From Alkalispirochaeta sp. (GTDB taxonomy: Bacteria; Spirochaetota; Spirochaetia; DSM-27196; Alkalispirochaetaceae): a DNA stretch of 64,000 nucleotides. The notes beneath the pieces were generated by a model, which did not search any database, was not told the origin of the DNA, and worked only from the letters and a program-made list of their open reading frames with translations. The first letter of the stretch is position 1. Each line of letters starts with the position of its first letter. A program made the translations under genes and the position numbers. This document shows positions 61,202 to 64,000 of this stretch, one piece after another. The stretch is from assembly GCA_965242725.1 (NCBI GenBank), contig CBDESZ010000012.1:32001-96000 (forward strand). The letters are read 5' to 3'.

Positions 61202-63310
61202 TTACTCCGTCTTGAAACGGTCAACCTCTTCGGTGAGCGCCTGTATACTTGACCGGTTTTTGACTGCGATTTCATCGACATTCAGTACGGCATCATTAAT
61301 CTCGCCGGCCCCGGCGGCCATCTCATTCATTGCGTTTGAAAGCTCAGCCGTCAACCGGGTGAGGCGTTCCATTTCGCCGCGAATTTCGGTTGTACCGGTG
61401 TGCATCTCCACTGATCCATCCCGAACCTGGCTGGTGATATCGTTGATCTCCCGTATCGCCGAGAGGACCTCCCCGCCGGCACTGTTCTGTTCGTCCATGG
61501 CATTCTTAATGTGCGTCTCCTGGTCGTGGACGGTTTTCGTAAGCTCAAAAGAGCGCTCGAGAAAGGTCTGTGCTTCGTCGGTGGATGCATACACCGTATC
61601 AATGAGCCTTTTCAGTGCCTCGAGGGAGGTGGTTATGTTCTTCGCCTGTTGTCCCGATTCCTCGGCGAGTTTACCGATTTCCGAGGCTACCACGGCAAAT
61701 CCCTTTCCAAACTCGCCGGCGTGAGCCGCTTCTATGGCGGCGTTCATGGAAAGCAGGTTCGTCTGGGAGGAGACGTCGTGAATGACCGAGCTGGCTTCTA
61801 GGAGCGTATCGGAACTCCGGGCGATTTCCTGCATCAGCGTCGCTACCTCATCCATCTTTGTCCTGCCCTGTTGTGAAACATCAGAAAGCTCTCTCACGGA
61901 GAGTTCATTCTTCTCGAGGATTCGGGAGACGGAGTTTATATTGGCGACCATTTCTTCGATAGACGACGATGACTGAACGACATTTGTAGCCTGGGTATCG
62001 ATAAGGTTTCGCAATCCCTCCACGTTTTTCAGCACCGTCTCGATGGAAGACTGCATCTCCGTAACACCTGAGGCCTGATTTGTTACCTGGGACTTCACCA
62101 TTTGGATATTCGCCGTAATCTGATTCACGGCACTCGCTGTTTCGGTCATATTTGCAGACAGATCGGAGCTTATCTCTCCCATCGACCGCGCCTGCGTCTT
62201 GATTTCCATGACGAGGGCCCCGATTTTCCCTATCAGGCGGTTGAAATATGTCGCCAGCTCTCCGATTTCGTCGTGACTCGAGATTTCGATAGTCCGCGTC
62301 AAGTCGCCTTCGCCCTGGGATATCTCGTCCATGATGGAAACAACCGTCTTGAGAGGCCGGAAGGACCACCGCATTATGTAAAAGGCACTCAACAGGACAA
62401 TTGTTGCCAGAAGAAGGGCAGTCCCGATGGAGAAAATCAAGCCCATTCGGAGCTGCCCCGCCATGCCAGTCCGGTCCGCTATCGCCAGCACATGACCGAT
62501 CTCCTGGCCGGTATAATCCCGTAACGGTATGGTGTGTACAAAGGTGATACGTCCTTCCGACCGGTCTGACATCGTCTCTGCGTCATACGCTTCCGTCACC
62601 GATCGGGCTTCATCGGAACTGAAGGTGTAGTATACAAGCTCGCCCCGGACAACATCGGTCGGCTGGGTATCAAATCGGCGTGCCTGTTGGAAAATCGCAT
62701 CTTTGATCGCGACGGCGTATTCTATCCCATAGACGCTTTCCAGCTCGCCCAGGGCGGCACCGATTGATCCTCCGAACTCCACAGTACCCAGATGTCGATC
62801 GTTTTGACGAAGAGGATAGACGACGCGTGTACCCGGTCCCCCCCGGCCAACCTCCAATCCGACGACGGGGCTGCTCTGCCGGTTGGCGTCAACGACGGTC
62901 TTTCGGAATGAGGAGAGGTCATCACCAAAATTTGACGGAGCATGCATTCGGAGAAAACTGGTGGCCGGAGGCAAGTGAAACTGGAACTGGGCGATACCGT
63001 ATGTTGCCGACAGATTTTCCCAGTATGCCTGGAGGCGGTTTTGAAGCTCCTGCCGTTCTCCCGCGGCGAATAGCTCAACAACCTCGGGATTTGCGGCGAG
63101 GGTCTGGACCGCCAGGGACAAGTAGGAGAGGTCCCTCTCTATAGACTGATAGAGGGACTGCTCGACTTGTGTAAAAAGTTCCTCATTGGCCTCATCGATC
63201 GCGGAGCGGAACTCCAACAGCTGTTGCAGAACATTTGCCCCGGTGAGCAACGACACACCGACAAAAAGCAGGAGCAATACCCGGGCTTTCATGCCCAATT
63301 TGATCCCCAT
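61202..63310 (-). CDS. Methyl-accepting chemotaxis protein (Cache sensor, HAMP)
   Basis: TM-Cache (SFLRMH..FGDDLS.FR)-[41 protein letters not shown]. Confidence 0.95.
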   Translation of the reverse strand: MGIKLGMKARVLLLLFVGVSLLTGANVLQQLLEFRSAIDEANEELFTQVEQSLYQSIERDLSYLSLAVQTLAANPEVVELFAAGERQELQNRLQAYWENLSATYGIAQFQFHLPPATSFLRMHAPSNFGDDLSSFRKTVVDANRQSSPVVGLEVGRGGPGTRVVYPLRQNDRHLGTVEFGGSIGAALGELESVYGIEYAVAIKDAIFQQARRFDTQPTDVVRGELVYYTFSSDEARSVTEAYDAETMSDRSEGRITFVHTIPLRDYTGQEIGHVLAIADRTGMAGQLRMGLIFSIGTALLLATIVLLSAFYIMRWSFRPLKTVVSIMDEISQGEGDLTRTIEISSHDEIGELATYFNRLIGKIGALVMEIKTQARSMGEISSDLSANMTETASAVNQITANIQMVKSQVTNQASGVTEMQSSIETVLKNVEGLRNLIDTQATNVVQSSSSIEEMVANINSVSRILEKNELSVRELSDVSQQGRTKMDEVATLMQEIARSSDTLLEASSVIHDVSSQTNLLSMNAAIEAAHAGEFGKGFAVVASEIGKLAEESGQQAKNITTSLEALKRLIDTVYASTDEAQTFLERSFELTKTVHDQETHIKNAMDEQNSAGGEVLSAIREINDITSQVRDGSVEMHTGTTEIRGEMERLTRLTAELSNAMNEMAAGAGEINDAVLNVDEIAVKNRSSIQALTEEVDRFKTE

Positions 63311-63487
63311 GACAACACCTTATTCAATTCTTTTATTCCACAATACGTCCGTTACATTCTGATTGCAATACTATTTATTGAGTTTTTTGAGACATCCTAT
63401 TGCCCGAAACGGTCACACTCGGACGATTCGCGGTCAAATAGGTCCATGAAAAAGTTTGATTTCCTGACTAATTCACACTACTTTTAG

Positions 63488-63515
63488 TTTGTCGGTCGGT
63501 CGGTCGGCCGACAAA
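63488..63515. promoter_or_regulatory. Palindrome upstream of acyl-CoA ligase, possible TetR-type operator
   Basis: TTTGTCGG-(TCGG)3-CCGACAAA. Confidence 0.35.
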
Positions 63516-63541
63516 AAAAGCGCCATGAAGGAGGCCGAAGA

Positions 63542-64000
63542 ATGACTCGGACGCTCCCGGCCCGATTTCTGCGGGCCCTTGAAACGTATCAGTACTCCGA
63601 TTTCCTCAATTTCCCCGATCATGAGATGGGGTGGATCAACGTCTCCGTTGCCCGGACGCGGGAACGGGTACGAAATCTCGCCCTGGGACTCGCCGATCTC
63701 GGCGTCGCCCGGGGAGAGCGGGTGGGTCTCATTTCCCCGCCCAGCCCTGAGTGGATAATCACCGACATGGCGATTCAGTCTATCGGCGCGGTGACGGTAC
63801 CGATCTTTAAAAAGATCTCACCCGAGAGCTTCCGCCATGAGGTTACCGACTCGGGTATGCGCTACCTCTTTATCGGGTATCCCGACGAAATTCCTCTGGC
63901 GGTACAACACGGTCAGGGTCTTGCGGAGCTGATCACCTTCGGCTGCTGTACCGATAATGAACGCTTTACCGAAATCAATAAGCGTGGTGAAGAGATTGCC
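63542..64000 (+). CDS. Long-chain fatty-acid-CoA ligase (partial, runs off window end)
   Basis: Manual translation: MTRTLPARF...LALGLADLGVARGERVGLIS..PEWIITDMAIQSIGAVTVPIF; AAGGAGG RBS. Confidence 0.85.
   Translation, partial: MTRTLPARFLRALETYQYSDFLNFPDHEMGWINVSVARTRERVRNLALGLADLGVARGERVGLISPPSPEWIITDMAIQSIGAVTVPIFKKISPESFRHEVTDSGMRYLFIGYPDEIPLAVQHGQGLAELITFGCCTDNERFTEINKRGEEIA

Overview
GC-rich bacterial chromosome segment, probably a free-living spirochaete (inferred from gene content only). A housekeeping backbone (epmA, PatB/MalY, MTA/SAH nucleosidase, YtrA-type ABC operon, SWIM-SNF2 helicase, TPP riboswitch with thiBPQ, tRNA-Arg(CCT), cNMP-GGDEF pair, MCP, acyl-CoA ligase) carries two accessory islands. 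(1) A ~20 kb polymorphic-toxin island (~6.85-27.05 kb) bounded by a degenerate direct repeat. In it a lone secretin gene is translationally coupled to a signal-peptide-bearing Rhs toxin. Four orphan Rhs-CT/immunity cassettes follow (one CT is an M23 peptidase), then a core fragment and an AbiE type IV TA pair. No T6SS, T7SS, CDI or other T2SS genes are present. (2) An ~8.5 kb AT-rich element integrated in tRNA-Arg(CCT) with a 45-bp att duplication. It encodes an integrase, an excisionase, an HUH-type Rep, a HEPN-like cargo, a second tyrosine recombinase beside a dif-like site, and a scaffold plus major capsid protein, but no portal, large terminase or tail. It looks like an unusual phage satellite. 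Many single-base frameshifts, mostly at homopolymers, suggest long-read assembly errors, so broken genes should not be assumed to be pseudogenes. All family assignments come from motif recognition by eye; no database searches were run.
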